DNA of 50,843 nucleotides from a virus, in the IMG/VR virus record IMGVR_UViG_3300045988_175861; one strand, written 5' to 3'. The number at the start of each line of letters is the position of its first letter. The stretch's first letter is position 1. The notes under the pieces were generated by a model that was not told the origin of the DNA, ran no database searches, and worked only from the letters and a program-made list of their open reading frames with translations. Shown here in pieces: positions 17,478-27,309 of this stretch. A program made the translations under genes and the position numbers.

Positions 17478-17876
17478 ATGGAACAGTTTGATATTAATAA
17501 AATCATTGAGCACTACAAACTAGACACTGATGAAGTATCTAAAGTGCTATTTCCGCATGTCAAATACCAAAAGTTGGCATTTGATAGAGTGATAAAAGGC
17601 GAATCATCATTAGATGTAGACCAGTTAATTGAGCTTGCTAAGTTCATAGGCGTGCCAACATATGAACTATTCAATATAGATGCATGGAAATGCCAAAAAG
17701 AGGACAATTGCTTAGTTTTCTTAAAAGGAGAATTTAAATGCAAACTAAATTATAATGGAGCGTTCTTAACAGTCTATAAGAATGGAAAGCAAGTAGCTCA
17801 ATTCATAGGAGCTAATGGCCTATATACAGTAGAAGAATTTATAAATTATATTGATACATTAACCAAAAATTATTAA
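17478..17876 (+). CDS. Helix-turn-helix (XRE/Cro-like) DNA-binding protein
   Basis: 132 aa. The N-terminal part ...LDTDEVSKVLFPHVKYQKLAFDRVIKGESSLDVDQLIELAKFIGVPTYELF resembles an XRE-type HTH. It is the first gene after a 388-nt regulatory gap. Confidence 0.6.
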   Translation: MEQFDINKIIEHYKLDTDEVSKVLFPHVKYQKLAFDRVIKGESSLDVDQLIELAKFIGVPTYELFNIDAWKCQKEDNCLVFLKGEFKCKLNYNGAFLTVYKNGKQVAQFIGANGLYTVEEFINYIDTLTKNY

Positions 17877-17881
17877 TTTAA

Positions 17882-18313
17882 ATGGAACCAATTAAAATTG
17901 AACTGCAAGTTTCATTGAATTTATCAGATGAGACAAAGAAATTTTTTGAAGGAGTAGTAACTGGTATTTTGGCAACTACTACAAGAACATGCGGATGCTA
18001 TATTCCTACTGTACAGACAGACATAGACCCAATTAAGCCTGCTGCAGAGCCTACTAAACCAATTGAGCCTGCTGCAGAGCCTACTAAATCTGTTGTAGAA
18101 GAAACTAAACAAGATAAACCTGCTGCAAAGTCTGTACAAACTGAAGCAAATGAAATTTCTATTGATGATGTACGTAAGCTTCTAGCTTCAAAGATTAATG
18201 ATAATCGTCCAGCAATTAAGGATAAGTTGTCTGAACTTGGAGCTCCAAGTGTAACCAAGCTTGACCCTGCTAAATATTCTGATTTTGTTTCATTCCTTAA
18301 TTCACTTTCATAA
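17882..18313 (+). CDS. Hypothetical protein with Pro/Ala/Glu-rich tandem repeat
   Basis: 143 aa. PIKPAAEPTKPIEPAAEPTKS is encoded by a 30-bp tandem duplication. Confidence 0.65.
   Translation: MEPIKIELQVSLNLSDETKKFFEGVVTGILATTTRTCGCYIPTVQTDIDPIKPAAEPTKPIEPAAEPTKSVVEETKQDKPAAKSVQTEANEISIDDVRKLLASKINDNRPAIKDKLSELGAPSVTKLDPAKYSDFVSFLNSLS
18031..18090 (+). repeat. 30-bp tandem repeat x2 inside a CDS
   Basis: AATTAAGCCTGCTGCAGAGCCTACTAAACC and AATTGAGCCTGCTGCAGAGCCTACTAAATC match at 28 of 30 positions. Confidence 0.9.
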
Positions 18314-18438
18314 TGCCTAAGAGTAAGACAAAAAGGCTGAGATACTTTGCAAATCAGTCAAGAAAGAAAGAGCCTTTGTATTTTTGGCATTTAAGCCAAG
18401 CATGCCATTTAATCGCTAAAGCATATAAATTACAATAA
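18313..18438 (+). CDS. Possible small basic protein (41 aa)
   Basis: Hand translation gives MPKSKTKRLRYFANQSRKKEPLYFWHLSQACHLIAKAYKLQ. There is a TAATG overlap with both the upstream stop and the downstream start, which suggests translational coupling. Confidence 0.45.
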   Translation: MPKSKTKRLRYFANQSRKKEPLYFWHLSQACHLIAKAYKLQ

Positions 18439-19643
18439 TGGGAACTACGTCTACAAAAATTCAAAACCATGAGCAAAGAGCGCATGCTCTTTTATCAGCT
18501 TCTGGAGCATCGCGTTGGCTTGCTTGCACACCATCTGCAAGGCTAGAAGAGCAGTTTGGTGATAAGAAAGAAAGTAGTTATGCAAAAGAAGGAACATTGG
18601 CTCATGAACTGTCAGAATTGTATTTAACTAGAGATGCTCTTGAAGCAATCTCTGATGATGAATATGATGCCAGATTGACAGAGATAATGGATAACGAACT
18701 CTTCAATGAAGAGATGTTCGATATGGTTCCTATATATACTGATTATTGTATAGACCAATTCAATGCTGCAAAGGCCCAGAATCAATATGCAGAGCTTATT
18801 GTTGAGCAGAAATTAGACTTAACTGATTATGTTCCTGAAAGCTTTGGTACATCTGACTGCACAATTATAAGTGATGATGTAATGGAAGTAATTGATTTGA
18901 AGTATGGAAAAGGTGTTCCAGTATATGCAACTTGGAATAAACAATTAATGCTATACGGATTAGGAGCTCTTAAAGCATTCGATACAATGTATGATATAAA
19001 TACTGTGAAACTTACAATTGTACAGCCACGTATTAATAATATATCTACATTTGAAATATCAGTAAAAGAATTGACTGACTGGGCTGAAACTGAACTTAAG
19101 AAAAAAGCAGCACTTGCGTTCGATGGAAAAGGTGAATTAGAAGCAGGTGATTGGTGTAAATTCTGTTCAGTTAAAGCAAGATGCAGAAAACTATACACTA
19201 AACAATTGGAGATAGCAAAGTTTGAATTTAAGCAACCAGATTTATTATCTGATGAGGAAGTTGCTGAAGTTCTTGAAAGAGCTCCACAATTAGTAGAATG
19301 GGCTAATTGCGTTGCAGAATATGCTAAGCAGAAAGCAATTGAAGAAGACTACTCTTGGCCTGGTTATAAACTGGTTGAAAGCACTAGTAGAAGAAAATGG
19401 AAAGACGAAAATGAAGTCATTGATACAATCTTTACGCAAATGCCAGAGTTATCAGAAGATGACATTTATGATATGAAGCTTAAATCAATAACAGCTATTG
19501 AAAAATTAGTCGGTAAAAAGGTATTTGAGCAGAAATTGTCATCGGCTGTAATAAAGCCACAAGGAGCTCCAATTCTAGTTCCTGAAAGTGATAAAAGGCC
19601 TGCAATTGGTATTGGCCAAGCTAAATTAGATTTTGCAGATTAA
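18438..19643 (+). CDS. PD-(D/E)XK (Cas4/DUF2800-like) exonuclease
   Basis: 401 aa with SDCTIISDDVMEVIDLKYGKG (D...D/E-x-K core) and Cys residues in the Cas4-type Fe-S pattern (WLACTPS ... CKFCSVKARC). It sits in the classic DUF2800-DUF2815-PolA synteny. Confidence 0.8.
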   Translation: MGTTSTKIQNHEQRAHALLSASGASRWLACTPSARLEEQFGDKKESSYAKEGTLAHELSELYLTRDALEAISDDEYDARLTEIMDNELFNEEMFDMVPIYTDYCIDQFNAAKAQNQYAELIVEQKLDLTDYVPESFGTSDCTIISDDVMEVIDLKYGKGVPVYATWNKQLMLYGLGALKAFDTMYDINTVKLTIVQPRINNISTFEISVKELTDWAETELKKKAALAFDGKGELEAGDWCKFCSVKARCRKLYTKQLEIAKFEFKQPDLLSDEEVAEVLERAPQLVEWANCVAEYAKQKAIEEDYSWPGYKLVESTSRRKWKDENEVIDTIFTQMPELSEDDIYDMKLKSITAIEKLVGKKVFEQKLSSAVIKPQGAPILVPESDKRPAIGIGQAKLDFAD

Positions 19644-19674
19644 CTTATAAATAAACAATTTAAATTTTAAAATT

Positions 19675-20226
19675 ATGGCAACAAACCCTACAAAAGTAAT
19701 TACTGGAAAAGTACGTTTTTGTTATGCTAACGTGTTCGTACCTACGGCTATTGAAGAAGGACAGCAGGAAAAGTACAATGTATGCGTACTTATTGACAAA
19801 AACGATGAAAAAACATTGACTGCTGTCAATGCAGCAATTGAAGCAGCAAAGCAAGCAGGTAAGTCAATGCTCGCTGACAAGAATGGCAAAATTCCTTCAA
19901 CTCTAAAAGTACCTCTTCATGATGGTGATGAAGAAAGAAGTGACGACCCAGCATTCGTTGGTAAGTATTTCTTGAATGCAAATTCAAATAGAAAACCAAG
20001 CATTGTTGACAAAGACTTAAACGAGATTATGAGCCGAGATGAGTTCTATTCAGGTTGCTACGGCCGAGCTTCACTCAGCTTCTATGCTTATGACAAGAAA
20101 AGTAAAGGCATCGCATGCGGCTTGAACAACTTGCAAAAGCTTGAAGATGGTGAAGCACTAGCAGGTGGTTCTTCTGCTGAGGAAGATTTTGGCGGTGATA
20201 ACGCTTATGATGACGAATTAATGTAG
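19675..20226 (+). CDS. ssDNA-binding protein (DUF2815-like)
   Basis: 183 aa. N terminus VITGKVRFCYANVFVP and an acidic C-terminal tail GGDNAYDDELM. It lies between the nuclease and the polymerase. Confidence 0.7.
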   Translation: MATNPTKVITGKVRFCYANVFVPTAIEEGQQEKYNVCVLIDKNDEKTLTAVNAAIEAAKQAGKSMLADKNGKIPSTLKVPLHDGDEERSDDPAFVGKYFLNANSNRKPSIVDKDLNEIMSRDEFYSGCYGRASLSFYAYDKKSKGIACGLNNLQKLEDGEALAGGSSAEEDFGGDNAYDDELM

Positions 20227-20251
20227 TCATTTTTCTTCGTTAACAAATGCT

Positions 20252-20285
20252 AAAGGCCATTGAAATATATGGCCTTTTATTTCTT
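20252..20285 (+). terminator. Rho-independent terminator
   Basis: 9-bp stem AAAGGCCAT/ATGGCCTTT with an 8-nt loop, followed by TTTTATTTCTT. Confidence 0.7.
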
Positions 20286-20391
20286 GGAATATTGGTGTAA
20301 CAGGCTGCACAGCTATCTTGCATTAGAACTTTTATTGCCATGACATGTAATGCAAGTTAGACAGGTACAAGTTCAAATCTTGTATATTCCA
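20286..20391 (+). ncRNA. tRNA-like RNA with canonical acceptor, D and T arms but a 51-nt extended helix in place of the anticodon arm
   Basis: 7-bp acceptor stem GGAATAT/ATATTCC and U8. D arm GTGT-AACAGGCT-GCAC with G18G19. T arm ACAAG-TTCAAAT-CTTGT with G53:C61 and T54 T55 C56 A58. 4-nt variable region, discriminator A, no encoded CCA. Nt 20312-20362 form an irregular long helix with a perfect 8-bp core (TTGCATTA/TAATGCAA) and a 22-nt loop. Confidence 0.55.
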
Positions 20392-20419
20392 CTATTTAAT
20401 CTAATATTAAAAGCAGGAA

Positions 20420-22393
20420 ATGGCAAAAGAATTATTCATTGACGTTGAGACTTATTCATCTAGAGACATTAAAACTTGTGGAGCCTATAAATATATTGAA
20501 TCTCCAGATTTTGAAATACTAATTGTAGGCTATGCTCTAGATGACAATGAACCGGTCATAGTTGATTTATTACAAGGAGAAGAACTACCAGAAGAATTTG
20601 AAGAAGCATTGTTTGATAAAAGCTGTAAAAAAATTGCTCACAATGCAGTATTCGAAAGGCTATCATTTAAACGAATTGGGTATGACATACCAACTAACGA
20701 ATGGCATTGTACAGCAGTGAAAGCAGCTACGTGTGGACTTCCTTTTTCTCTTGATGAAGTGTCAAAAAAGCTTGATTTAACCGATAAAAAGCTAGATACT
20801 GGAAAAGCACTTATTAAATACTTTTCATGCCCATGCAAACCAACTAAGATAAATGGTATGCGTGAACGAAATTATCCTGAGCATGCACCAGATAAATGGG
20901 AAATGTACAAAGAGTATAACAAATATGATGTGCTAGCAGAAAGAGAGATATACAGAAAACTAGAAAAATATGAATTGCCAGATTTTGAAAGGCAATTATA
21001 TTTGCTAGACCAGAAAATAAATGATAGAGGCATATTGGTAGATATGGAATTAGCAGAATCAGCAATTGCTGTAGATACAGAATATACAGAAATGCTGACC
21101 GAGAGAGCTAGAGAAATAACAGAACTTGAAAACCCAAATTCACCAAAGCAATTATGCCAATGGCTAACTCAAATAACAGGTGATGAAATTAAATCACTCG
21201 CAAAAGATGTTATACCTGGGTTGATTGAAAAGTATTCCTCAAACCCAGAGATAATAGAAATACTTGAAATTAGGCAAAAATTATCAAGGTCTTCAGTTAA
21301 GAAATATTATGCAATGCTGAACTGCGCTATGGATGATAATAGAGTAAGAGGCACATTTCAATTCTACGGAGCCAACAGAACTGGTAGATGGGCTGGAAGA
21401 CTGTTACAATTGCAGAACCTATCAAAAAACCATTTAAAACTTATAGAAACATCAAGAGAGCTTATTCGCAAACGCGATTGGGAAACTGTTGAAATTATGT
21501 ACGGCGATGTAGCTGATATACTATCACAATTAGTAAGAACAGCATTAATCGCTCCAGATGGACAAACATTCTCTGTTGCAGACTTCTCCGCGATTGAAGC
21601 TAGGGTTGTGTCATGGCTTTTTGAAGAAGAATGGAGATTGGAAGTATTTAGAGGTGATGGTAAAATATATGAAGCAGCTGGAGCCAGAATGTTCAATGTA
21701 CCAATTTCATCGATAACAAAAGGCTCAGATTTAAGAGCAAAAGCTAAAAATGCAGAATTAGCATTAGGATATGAAGGTGCATTAGGCGCAATGAAAAGAA
21801 TGGGCGGTGATAAGATGGGCATGTCTGATGTTGAAATGATGGATATAGTGAGAAAATGGCGCAAAGCCAATCCAAAAATAGTTGAGGGTTGGAGAATAAT
21901 AGAAAGATGCGCTCATGAAGCAGTAAGATACCAAAGACAAGTCATAGGGCCTAGAGGCTTAGTGTTTGATTGCGATGGTGATGTATTCACAATCAAGTTG
22001 CCATCTGGGCATACACTCTTCTATCGCAATCCTAGATTTAGAATTCGCGACACTGGATTTGGCCGTCAATCAAAAGTTTTATGCTATGATGGCGTAGTAC
22101 AAGAGACAAAACAGTGGGGTGATATTGATACTTATGGTGGTAAGTTAACTGAAAATATTGTACAAGCTATATCAAGAGATTTAATCGGATATGCAATGAT
22201 TAAGCTTGAAGAAAATGGTTATGGAATTACGATGCATGTCCATGATGAGTGCATCTGTGAAATTCCCAAAGATGGATGGGAACCTGATTGGCTGAGAGAA
22301 ATGGAGCGTATAATGGGAACTCCACCTGATTGGGCTTCTGATTTACCTTTGAATGCTGACGGCTACATAACTCCATTCTACAAAAAAGATTAA
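20420..22393 (+). CDS. Family A DNA polymerase with 3'-5' exonuclease domain
   Basis: 657 aa. ExoI FIDVETYS, motif A VADFSAIEARV, motif B RAKAKNAELALGYEGA, motif C ITMHVHDEC. Confidence 0.9.
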   Translation: MAKELFIDVETYSSRDIKTCGAYKYIESPDFEILIVGYALDDNEPVIVDLLQGEELPEEFEEALFDKSCKKIAHNAVFERLSFKRIGYDIPTNEWHCTAVKAATCGLPFSLDEVSKKLDLTDKKLDTGKALIKYFSCPCKPTKINGMRERNYPEHAPDKWEMYKEYNKYDVLAEREIYRKLEKYELPDFERQLYLLDQKINDRGILVDMELAESAIAVDTEYTEMLTERAREITELENPNSPKQLCQWLTQITGDEIKSLAKDVIPGLIEKYSSNPEIIEILEIRQKLSRSSVKKYYAMLNCAMDDNRVRGTFQFYGANRTGRWAGRLLQLQNLSKNHLKLIETSRELIRKRDWETVEIMYGDVADILSQLVRTALIAPDGQTFSVADFSAIEARVVSWLFEEEWRLEVFRGDGKIYEAAGARMFNVPISSITKGSDLRAKAKNAELALGYEGALGAMKRMGGDKMGMSDVEMMDIVRKWRKANPKIVEGWRIIERCAHEAVRYQRQVIGPRGLVFDCDGDVFTIKLPSGHTLFYRNPRFRIRDTGFGRQSKVLCYDGVVQETKQWGDIDTYGGKLTENIVQAISRDLIGYAMIKLEENGYGITMHVHDECICEIPKDGWEPDWLREMERIMGTPPDWASDLPLNADGYITPFYKKD

Positions 22394-22431
22394 AAAAATA
22401 ATGGCTTTCTACATATTAATCTATATAATAT

Positions 22432-24846
22432 ATGCCTACTATGCAAGTAGATAATTTAAAATATGATGGCATTCTAAATATTGCTACAGGCCTCAATGCA
22501 ACTAGTAAAGTTTGGAAAAATAAAAAGATACAATGGAGTGATTTTGTAAAAAAAGTATCAACTCCAACTGTAACTACAGAGACGTATAAGCAATTTATAA
22601 GTGCCAGTAAAGCTGACCAAGGAAAGATAAAAGATGTTGGCGGTTTTGTTGGTGGCTTTTTGACTAATGGAAGACGGAATAAAACAGACGTGCTATATCG
22701 TCAAATGCTAACACTTGATATAGATTTTTCTCACAATGACCTGTTTTGGGACTTTACAATGCTGTATGATTGCGCTGCTGTAATTCATTCTACGCACAAA
22801 TCATGCAATGACAAACCTCGTCATAGGCTACTGATTCCATTAGACAGAGAAGTATCTCAAGAAGAATACCAAGCTATAGCTAGAAAGATAGCAGGTGATG
22901 TAAACATTGATTTGTTTGACCAATCAACTTTTGATGTAAACCGTTTAATGTTTTGGCCATCAATATCTTGTGATTCTGAATACTATTTTGAATATCAAGA
23001 TGGCCCGTTCCTAAAAGCTGATTCTGTACTTAGTACTTATAATGATTGGCATAATACTGGTGAATGGCCAACAGCATCTGATAGCACAGACACAATACTT
23101 GCTGCTATAAAAAAACAAGAAGACCCAGAACAGAAAAAAGGTATAGTAGGTGTATTCTGTAGAACTTATACAATCCAAGAAGTAATTGAAACGTTCTTGC
23201 AAGAAGAGTATGAGCCAGCTGGAGAAGATAGATACACATACACAAAAGGTTCTACAGCAGCAGGGCTTATAGTATATGATGACAAATTTGTTTATTCACA
23301 TCATGGAACTGACCCAGCAGGAGGCAGATTGTGCAATGCATTTGATTTAGTAAGAATACACAGATTTGGCCATTTAGATACTGGCAAAGTACAAAATGAA
23401 ACAGAAAAGAAAAGCTTTAAGGCTATGGAAGAATTTTGTACCAAAGACGCAAAGACTAAACGCCAAATTGCAAATGAGAAATTTGCTGATGCCAAGTTTG
23501 AATTTGCACAAGACTTACCAGCAGAAGATATAGACCATGAAGATAATCTTGATTGGGTTGAACAGCTTGAAGCCAACACTAAAGGAGAATATGTAAATTC
23601 TGCAAATAATATAAATATAATAATACAAAATGATAAACTGCTTAAAGATGCATTTAGGTTCAATCTATTTGATAGCAAAAAATACATTACGCATTCATTG
23701 CCATGGAGGACTGTAGATGTAAGTGAGCCACTGAGAGATGTAGATTATGCAGGAATTAGAAATTACATAGAATGCGTGTATGGAATTGTTGCAAGTCAAA
23801 AGGTTGACGACTCTTTAGCTCTTGAGTTCGAAAAGAAGAAATTCCACCCAATTGTTGATTATATCAAATCTTTGAAATGGGATGGTAAAGAACGCGTAAA
23901 TAATTTGCTTATTGATTATTTTGGCGCTGATGATAATGCATACACAAAAGCTGCTATTAGAAAATTACTTTGCGCAGCAGTTGCTCGTGTATTCAATCCA
24001 GGATGCAAATTTGATTTAGCACTGATACTATCAGGTGAGCAAGGAACATACAAAAGTACATTTGTAAAAAAACTTGGCAAAGACTGGTTTTCTGACACAT
24101 TCACAACAGTACAAGGTAAAGAGGCATTTGAGCAAATTCAAGGTGCATGGATAATTGAAATTGCTGAACTTTCAGGATTGAAGAAAGCAGAAGTAGAAAC
24201 AATTAAGCACTTCATCGCAAAAAGAGAAGATGCCTTCCGTCCTGCCTATGGAAGATGTGTAGAGATATATCGTCGTCAATGCGTATTCTTTGGTACCACA
24301 AACAGTAAAGACTTTTTACGTGACCCAACAGGAAATAGGCGATTCATGCCAATAGATGTCAACATAGATTTTATTAAAAAATCAGTCAAAGACGATTTAA
24401 CTGATACAGAAGTAGACCAAATATGGGCTGAGGCATACCAAATGTATTTAGCTGGTGAGAAACTGTACCTAGAAGGAGAAGAGAATACTATCGCTGTAAT
24501 TGAACAGCATAAGCATGCAGAAACTGATGAACGCAGAGGCGTAATAGAAGAATATTTAAATACAAAATTCCCTGATAATTGGGCAAGCATGGACTTGAAT
24601 GAACGCCGTATATGGCTTGATGACCCATTATCTAAAGCAGGAACACATAAAAAAGAATTTGTATGCATAGCTGAAATTTGGTGCGAATGCTTAGGAAAAG
24701 AAAAGCCAGATATGACTAGATATAATACACGTGATATTAATGATATTATGAAGTCGTTAGCTGATTGGGAACCTGTAATGTCTACAAAGATTTTCAACAT
24801 TTACGGAAAACAAAAATACTATAAAAGAAAGGAAAGTCTATTATGA
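22432..24846 (+). CDS. Primase (AEP-like N-terminal domain) fused to a VirE/D5-type helicase
   Basis: 804 aa. N-terminal LTLDIDF, IHSTHKS and FDVNRLMFWP resemble AEP motifs. The C-terminal part has Walker A SGEQGTYKST and a VirE-like region (...WIIEIAEL...RPAYGR...FFGTTN...GNRRF). Confidence 0.8.
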   Translation: MPTMQVDNLKYDGILNIATGLNATSKVWKNKKIQWSDFVKKVSTPTVTTETYKQFISASKADQGKIKDVGGFVGGFLTNGRRNKTDVLYRQMLTLDIDFSHNDLFWDFTMLYDCAAVIHSTHKSCNDKPRHRLLIPLDREVSQEEYQAIARKIAGDVNIDLFDQSTFDVNRLMFWPSISCDSEYYFEYQDGPFLKADSVLSTYNDWHNTGEWPTASDSTDTILAAIKKQEDPEQKKGIVGVFCRTYTIQEVIETFLQEEYEPAGEDRYTYTKGSTAAGLIVYDDKFVYSHHGTDPAGGRLCNAFDLVRIHRFGHLDTGKVQNETEKKSFKAMEEFCTKDAKTKRQIANEKFADAKFEFAQDLPAEDIDHEDNLDWVEQLEANTKGEYVNSANNINIIIQNDKLLKDAFRFNLFDSKKYITHSLPWRTVDVSEPLRDVDYAGIRNYIECVYGIVASQKVDDSLALEFEKKKFHPIVDYIKSLKWDGKERVNNLLIDYFGADDNAYTKAAIRKLLCAAVARVFNPGCKFDLALILSGEQGTYKSTFVKKLGKDWFSDTFTTVQGKEAFEQIQGAWIIEIAELSGLKKAEVETIKHFIAKREDAFRPAYGRCVEIYRRQCVFFGTTNSKDFLRDPTGNRRFMPIDVNIDFIKKSVKDDLTDTEVDQIWAEAYQMYLAGEKLYLEGEENTIAVIEQHKHAETDERRGVIEEYLNTKFPDNWASMDLNERRIWLDDPLSKAGTHKKEFVCIAEIWCECLGKEKPDMTRYNTRDINDIMKSLADWEPVMSTKIFNIYGKQKYYKRKESLL

Positions 24847-25058
24847 TGTGTTATTTTATATACAGAGAAGAGGAAACACATAAACTTAAAACTCTTCTAT
24901 CATTGAACTTAGAATGCATACCGCAACAAGGTAATTGTATAGTGTTTAACAGAAAAAGCTATATGGTTAAGCAAGTTACACTAGATGCAAATCATGTTAA
25001 CTATGTAATAAAAATAGAGAGAATTAACAAAAATGTTGTAGAATTAAAACCTCAATAA
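24843..25058 (+). CDS. Hypothetical protein
   Basis: 71-aa ORF with an ATGA overlap with the primase stop. Confidence 0.55.
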   Translation: MMCYFIYREEETHKLKTLLSLNLECIPQQGNCIVFNRKSYMVKQVTLDANHVNYVIKIERINKNVVELKPQ

Positions 25059-25060
25059 AT

Positions 25061-25255
25061 ATGTTTGTTATTACTAGAGAAAAGCTCATATGGAAAGACG
25101 GCACGAGCGAAGTATTAGATTACAAGGGATTGGAAGAACAGCCTGTAGATGATATAGAGATACATAGACAAATGATTCATATGAGGCATAAAATGAGAGG
25201 GCATGAATTAGACAGAATATTACTAGAATACTATGAAAAGCCAGAAGAAAATTGA
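25061..25255 (+). CDS. Hypothetical protein
   Basis: 64-aa ORF, tightly packed in the replication operon. Confidence 0.55.
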   Translation: MFVITREKLIWKDGTSEVLDYKGLEEQPVDDIEIHRQMIHMRHKMRGHELDRILLEYYEKPEEN

Positions 25256-25538
25256 TAGTGAAAAACTGGTAGAGAGGAAACTAGTTGAAGGAGTTAAGCA
25301 AAACCACGGTATGTGTATAAAACTTACATCTATGATTGGGCTTCCGGATAGGCTATGCATATTTCATAGTGGTGTAGCACAATTCGTTGAATTAAAAACT
25401 ACTGGAGAAGAGCCAAGAAAAGTACAGCTGTATATACATAAAAAGCTTAGACAAATGGGTTTCAAAGTATTTGTAATAGATTCAGTTGCTGGCGTAAACC
25501 AATTTTTAGAACAGATAAATAATGTTAACAGAGAATAA
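25233..25538 (+). CDS. VRR-NUC domain nuclease
   Basis: 101 aa. GLPDRLCIFHSGVAQFVELKTTGEEPRKVQ matches the VRR-NUC G.PD....G...F.E.K..G..S..Q core. Confidence 0.8.
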   Translation: MKSQKKIDSEKLVERKLVEGVKQNHGMCIKLTSMIGLPDRLCIFHSGVAQFVELKTTGEEPRKVQLYIHKKLRQMGFKVFVIDSVAGVNQFLEQINNVNRE

Positions 25539-26961
25539 CTTGCATAATTATCAAAGAGCCGTAGTTGAGCATATAATAGATAATAAGTTTTGTGGAGTAT
25601 TCCTAGAAATGGGACTCGGTAAAACTGTATCAACTTTAACTGCGATTAACTATTTGATGAACGATTACTGCGAAATAAACAAATGCTTGGTTGTCGCACC
25701 AAAAAGAGTTGTGGAATCTGTTTGGGAAGAAGAGGCAGAAAATTGGGAACATCTTAGGCATTTGAGATTTTTAAAAGTAATTGGCAGTGAAAGACAAAGA
25801 GTAGCTGCACTCATGAAGCAAGCAGATATATATCTTATATCTAGAGATAATATTGCTTGGCTATGCGCATTTTATGGTGGCGCTAAACTTCCTTTTGAAA
25901 TGCTAGTAATAGATGAGCTCAGCTCATTCAAATCATATAAATCAATAAGGTTTAAAGCTTTGAAAGCATCAAGGCCATTCTTCAAAAGAGCAGTAGGGCT
26001 TACTGGCACACCAGCTCCTAATGGCTATATAGACTTGTGGGCCCAGATGTATCTAATTGATAGAGGTGAAAGATTAGAAAAAACAATAACGAGATACAGA
26101 GAAAGGTATTTCAGACCAGGTAAGACAAATGGGCATATAGTTTATAATTACAATCTTTTAAACGATTCTGAATACTTGATTAACAAAAAGATTGAAGATA
26201 TATGTATAAGTATGAAAGCGTCAGACTATATACAGATGCCGTTCAAGACTGACAATTATATAAAGCTAAGAATGCCAGATGCAGTTTATGAACAGTACAA
26301 ATCATTTGAAAAAGAAAAAGTATTAGAGCTGTTGAACCAAACAGAAACTGTAGAAGAGCAAGATGAAAATGGCAATTCTGTATTTGTAGAAAAGCCAGTT
26401 GAGATAAATGTAGTTAACGCAGCATCTCTATCTGGCAAATTGCTTCAGTTTGCAAATGGTGCTGTATATGATGATGACAGAATAGTTCATGAAGTGCATA
26501 AGATTAAGATAGATGCACTTGAAGAAATATTAGAAAGTAATGAAGGTAAATCTATACTTGTGGCATGGACATTTCAACATGATAGAGATAGGATAATGGA
26601 ATATCTTGCAAAATATGAACCAAGAGAGCTAAAAACAGGTAAGGATATAAAAGATTGGAATGAAGGTAAAATAAAATTTATGCTTGCTCACCCAGCATCA
26701 GCCGGGCACGGTCTTAACCTACAAACTGGAGGCCATATTATAGTTTGGTTTGGCCAAAATTGGAGTTTAGAATTATATCAGCAGTTTAATGCTAGGTTAT
26801 ATCGCCAAGGACAAAACGAGCATGTGATAATACATCATCTTATAATGAAAGATACAGAAGACGAATCAGTAATTAAGTCACTTCAAAATAAAGACAAAAA
26901 GCAAGAAGGTTTGATGCAAAGCATTAAAGCCAAGATAGAAAAGTATAAAAAGTTTATGTAG
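25522..26961 (+). CDS. SNF2-family helicase
   Basis: 479 aa with motif I EMGLGKT, motif II VIDELSSF, motif III GLTGTPAPN and motif VI QFNARLYRQGQ. Confidence 0.9.
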   Translation: MLTENNLHNYQRAVVEHIIDNKFCGVFLEMGLGKTVSTLTAINYLMNDYCEINKCLVVAPKRVVESVWEEEAENWEHLRHLRFLKVIGSERQRVAALMKQADIYLISRDNIAWLCAFYGGAKLPFEMLVIDELSSFKSYKSIRFKALKASRPFFKRAVGLTGTPAPNGYIDLWAQMYLIDRGERLEKTITRYRERYFRPGKTNGHIVYNYNLLNDSEYLINKKIEDICISMKASDYIQMPFKTDNYIKLRMPDAVYEQYKSFEKEKVLELLNQTETVEEQDENGNSVFVEKPVEINVVNAASLSGKLLQFANGAVYDDDRIVHEVHKIKIDALEEILESNEGKSILVAWTFQHDRDRIMEYLAKYEPRELKTGKDIKDWNEGKIKFMLAHPASAGHGLNLQTGGHIIVWFGQNWSLELYQQFNARLYRQGQNEHVIIHHLIMKDTEDESVIKSLQNKDKKQEGLMQSIKAKIEKYKKFM

Positions 26962-26962
26962 T

Positions 26963-27208
26963 ATGGTACTAGAAAGAAAACATATAAAAGCGATAAAGTT
27001 ATTAGTGATGGAGATTCTATATGCCAAACCTCATGGAGCGCTTGTTTCTCAAAAGGAATTATACTATATTGCGTATATTAACCTTGACTTCGTTCATTAC
27101 ACAGCAAAGTATCTTATAGAAAGACATATATATTCTATGATTAGAATGGCCGTTAGGAATAAAGCATACAGAAAATATACAAGGCTTGGCTACTATGAAC
27201 GCATTTAA
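26963..27208 (+). CDS. Hypothetical protein
   Basis: 81-aa basic ORF, the last gene before the modification operon promoter. Confidence 0.55.
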   Translation: MVLERKHIKAIKLLVMEILYAKPHGALVSQKELYYIAYINLDFVHYTAKYLIERHIYSMIRMAVRNKAYRKYTRLGYYERI

Positions 27209-27279
27209 AGATAAAGTTAATAATAATTAATTTAACAATTAAATAGTAGAAATTATTTTTATATACTAAAAATTTTTCT

Positions 27280-27287
27280 TATATTTG
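27280..27287 (+). promoter_or_regulatory. Bacteroidota-type -7 promoter box TATATTTG
   Basis: TTATATTTGCAATAAC lies 23 nt upstream of the carbamoyltransferase start, within a 100-nt AT-rich gap. Confidence 0.6.
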
Positions 27288-27309
27288 CAATAACAAAATT
27301 AAAATAATT

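Noticed and set aside
20286-20391. Calling the tRNA-like element a functional tRNA-Ala(UGC)
   Set aside because: A C-T-TGC-A-T loop can be read at 20317-20323, but the required 3' half of a 5-bp anticodon stem is absent. Instead those nucleotides are part of the perfect 8-bp TTGCATTA/TAATGCAA helix. There is also no G3:U70 alanine identity pair. I report it only as tRNA-like.
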